Assembly (NCBI GenBank): GCA_047495785.1
Contig: JBLDXI010000009.1
Location: 3,844,001 to 3,908,000 of the forward strand
From: Lepidodermella squamata
Taxonomy: Eukaryota > Animalia > Gastrotricha
Length of the DNA stretch: 64,000 nt
Direction of reading: 5' to 3'
Below the pieces are notes generated by a model. That model searched no databases and had not been told where the DNA came from. It was given only the letters and a program-made list of their open reading frames with translations. The translations under genes were made by a program, and so were the position numbers. Shown here piece after piece: positions 60,928 through 64,000 of the stretch (position 1 is its first letter; the number at the start of each line of letters is the position of its first letter).

Positions 60928-63730
60928 CTAGCATTTGAAGACTTTTATAACGTCTTTGATTGGCTCGCGGCAGATCGGGCACAAATTGTCGGATTTGCGA
61001 ACATTCTGCGCACAAGAATAGCACAGACACAAGTGCCCACACGAGTAAATGGCACAGTCGACCTGCGCGGCTAGGCAAACTGTGCACTCATTTGACAACA
61101 ACTCATCCTTATCCTCGCCGCTGTTCGCCGCGTTGTTATTCAACGCGTTTTGAGCATTCTGACGGAACGCGTCCATAACGGCTGGCGATGGCGCGCTGTC
61201 AGGCGTGGAGACATTCGGCGATAACGAGTTGAACCCGGACGAAGAAGCCGGGCTTTTGTTAGCCAGCAGTTGCTTCGGCGGCGAGTGAGATTGTAACTTC
61301 GAAGTTTGACTGCCGGTTATTGGCACCTTATTCGGCCTGGCTGGCACAGGAGGTGGCCGCAGAGGCGGGGCTGCTTGGACGGGCACTAGTGGGGGTGGTA
61401 ATCTCGGCGGGTTTACAGGCGGTTCGATCAGCAAATCGATGTGGTGAGGGTCTTGAACCGGGCTTCGAACCGCAGTTGGCTGGCTGGCTTTTGTGGGTGA
61501 GGTCCGGTTCGCGCCTCTCGCAGCGGCGTCTTGAGCTATTCTGCGTTGTTGATTATGGCTATTATTCGAAGTTTTATTTACGGAAGCATTTTCGGGCGGC
61601 AGTGAAACCGTAGTAGGATGCGAGTTATCGACGGTTCCTAGAAGGGAAAGAAAAGAATACCAAAATTAAGAATGAATCAGAAATAAGAAAATTTTATTCA
61701 ATTTCCAACCCAGCTCTAAATATCCAAAATAAAGTTTTTTCATTGTATCTTGGTGCCTATGAGCCAAATGTTCAAATGTTGAGTTAGACCGAAAAGGACA
61801 GAGCAAACAATTTTGAATTTTTTTATAACTAAGCAATGCAATTTTGCATGCAGATTTGTGACCCACATCTATCTAACATTTTTGGATGGAATTCGGCATG
61901 GGCCTTACCTATACGTTGTTCTCCCTTTAGCCGAAAGAAAACAGAGATTGGGCAGGGCATCAAACTGAACTTCAAGTGTAAAATGGGTAATGTTGGACCT
62001 TACCAATAATTATGTCCAAGCTCTCAATTTTTTTAGACCGGCCGCAATTTTTCCAAACTGGACCCAAGGTTTTATAAAATATCTGCGAACGAACAAGGAA
62101 TTATATGTATTACTTGGTAATTTTCCCATTTTATGCAAAAAAATGTTAAATTCCCAAAAATGAGGTGAAAATCGTAAAATCGAAAAAATTCATTAATGCT
62201 TTAAATCGCTAGACCCTTAAAAATCTCCAGTTAGATAAATTGGCTGAGGTAGCAAGAAAAGCTCAGTCACTCACCTAGCAAGCGAAGGCATTCAATTGAG
62301 CCGTACAAATCGAAGAAGAACGTCAACGATAGCGAGCCGTCGACGTACATTAGCGTAGTGGGTGGTTGGTTATTTCTGCTGATTTGAATCGCCCCAGGCG
62401 GTACAAAGCTGAACAGAATCTCATCGCCACGGGTCGGATTTGTACATACATCTTTGTTAACAACCCAATATTCACTTCGATCGAGCAAATCGTCCGAGTT
62501 GCTCGGCAGCGAATCTTGGCTGACAGAGGACAAATCAGCAGCAGTTATACCAAACGTTAAACCGCCTCGATATTCTCCTGTCACACTTGCTATTTGAATA
62601 GCAACTTTGGTTCCTAAAAAAAAATCAAACACTCAGAAACTTCCAGAAAAATCTAGCAGAAAAATTACCCAATGGAATCGGTCGAGAGGTGAAAACATAA
62701 GCATTACAAAATTCGCCATGTGATCTGACTGCAACTGACCCATCTTGCGCTAATGAAACATTCTTTCCAGTTAAAACCGTGCTAAAGCTCAGATTTCGAA
62801 CGATGGACAATGAATTGAAGTGATTTAGAGGCGGTAAATTAGGCACTTTAGGCGCGACGCTTGGCCTGGCAGGTGGCGATGTATTTGGTACTAAAGATTG
62901 AGATCTAGCTGGCGGTAGCCCGGTTCCTGATCCGGGTAATTGTTGATAGGTTGAAGAGTCAAAAGACGGCCGTGGTGTAAGATTGGAAGACGAATTACTT
63001 GTACCTAGTTCGACGTTAGCTAATCGCATAACCTCAGGTGGCAATCCTTCTCTGCTATTTGGTTTGGAATTTCTACCATATTTCGCACCACGCATTGAGC
63101 TTCGAATTGAAACAGCTGTAGTATTCCCGTAGACGTCGACAATCGCCCATAGCGGTTTCGTCGTCTCTAGGCCACATATTAATGGAGCCAAGTTGTCAGG
63201 GTTTGAACCAACAAAAACTGTCCCGATCTTATTGAAGTAGAATATCAGTTCTTCGTTCTGTCTTATCATTGTATTTTCAGGCAACGCTTTAACCCAAAAG
63301 CCTGCGTGATTGGCAAGATCAGGGCATGAATAGCGAGGCAAAAGTGAAGAGTCGAAATTGGAAGGATCCCATGTAGTGAAACCGATACGAATCGAGCCAG
63401 ACCAAGCGTCCGATGACCGCATACAACGAACGTGAATTCTCTCGCCCATCGCAACTGGTCGGCTAGAGAAGCATAAACCATTGCAAAAAGATTGGAATCT
63501 CGTGGCTTGTGCCATGTCAGTAGACAGCCGAATGCAGGTTCCGTGGATTGGATGGAAAGTGAGCGGAGCATTGGCGTAATAATTCCGCACAGCTTGGGCC
63601 GAGTCCAACGGTCGACCTGGATCAACCATAACATCATCTCCCTCTGTGGTGATCGAAATTAGTTTAATTGATGAGAAAGCGAACATGAAGTTAACTTACC
63701 ACCAAGACGCGAGCCTTGTTGATTTCCCAT
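60928..63730 (-). CDS. neur: Neuralized E3 ubiquitin ligase (2 NHR domains + C-terminal RING), 4 exons
   Basis: join(63730-63700, 63643-62669, 62613-62275, 61637-60928). Starts MGN (myristoylation-type). NHR1 FHPIHG..SFCNGLCFSSRP, NHR2 FCNAYVFTSRP..LLDRSEYWV, RING ECTVC..CGHLCLCYSC..CPICREPIKDVIK. Confidence 0.95.
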
Positions 63731-64000
63731 GATGAATGTTACCGGCGAGTCATAGCAATAAGTTCAATAACGTTCGTATTAAGCATCTACCAACTGGAGG
63801 AAACAAGAATTTTTAAAATGCCTCTCAGCATAACAATCATGTTTCGAAATATTATCAATCTTCAACAATTAGCTGTTATTTTCTTCGGTAAGCTTCCCGA
63901 TAAAAACTGCATCGTTATGACCCTCGCGGTTCCTTGCAATTTCGATGGCTAAAAGCTGGATACGGGGGGCTATATACAAATAAGTTAGCATCTGAACTAT

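Overview
Gene-dense eukaryotic (invertebrate metazoan) genomic DNA with mostly very short (about 45-65 nt) GT-AG introns. The taxon cannot be fixed from sequence alone. Manual splicing gives 15 host genes: two NDUFA4/COXFA4 paralogues (both absent from the ORF track) flanking NDUFA8, PA2G4/EBP1, an R3H-SUZ (ARPP21/R3HDM/encore-type) gene, syntaxin-18, an ADD-less ATRX head-to-head with a BRCA1 orthologue, two glucose-6-phosphatase paralogues bracketing two single extended-Tudor genes, SLC35B1, an unusual CCCH/CCHC-zinc-finger kinase-KEN (RNase L/IRE1-like) gene, NFX1 and neuralized. There is also an orphan two-exon ORF nested antisense in an NFX1 intron. Mobile DNA: a MULE/NOF-type transposase running off the left edge, hAT, piggyBac-type and TA-TSD MITEs, an hAT transposase relic, Gypsy LTR/RT and Copia integrase fragments, and a start-less RING-B-box fragment between direct repeats. 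The three most notable candidates are: (1) an RNase L-like kinase-KEN protein with RNA-binding zinc fingers in place of a known sensor domain; (2) a divergent second NDUFA4 with its own TATA-Inr promoter and a cluster of RCGTG (HRE-like) motifs, suggesting an inducible complex IV subunit switch; (3) operon-like gene packing, with a poly(A) signal lying 29-51 nt upstream of a splice acceptor just before the next ATG. All exon structures and family calls were read by eye and have not been confirmed by database search or transcript data.
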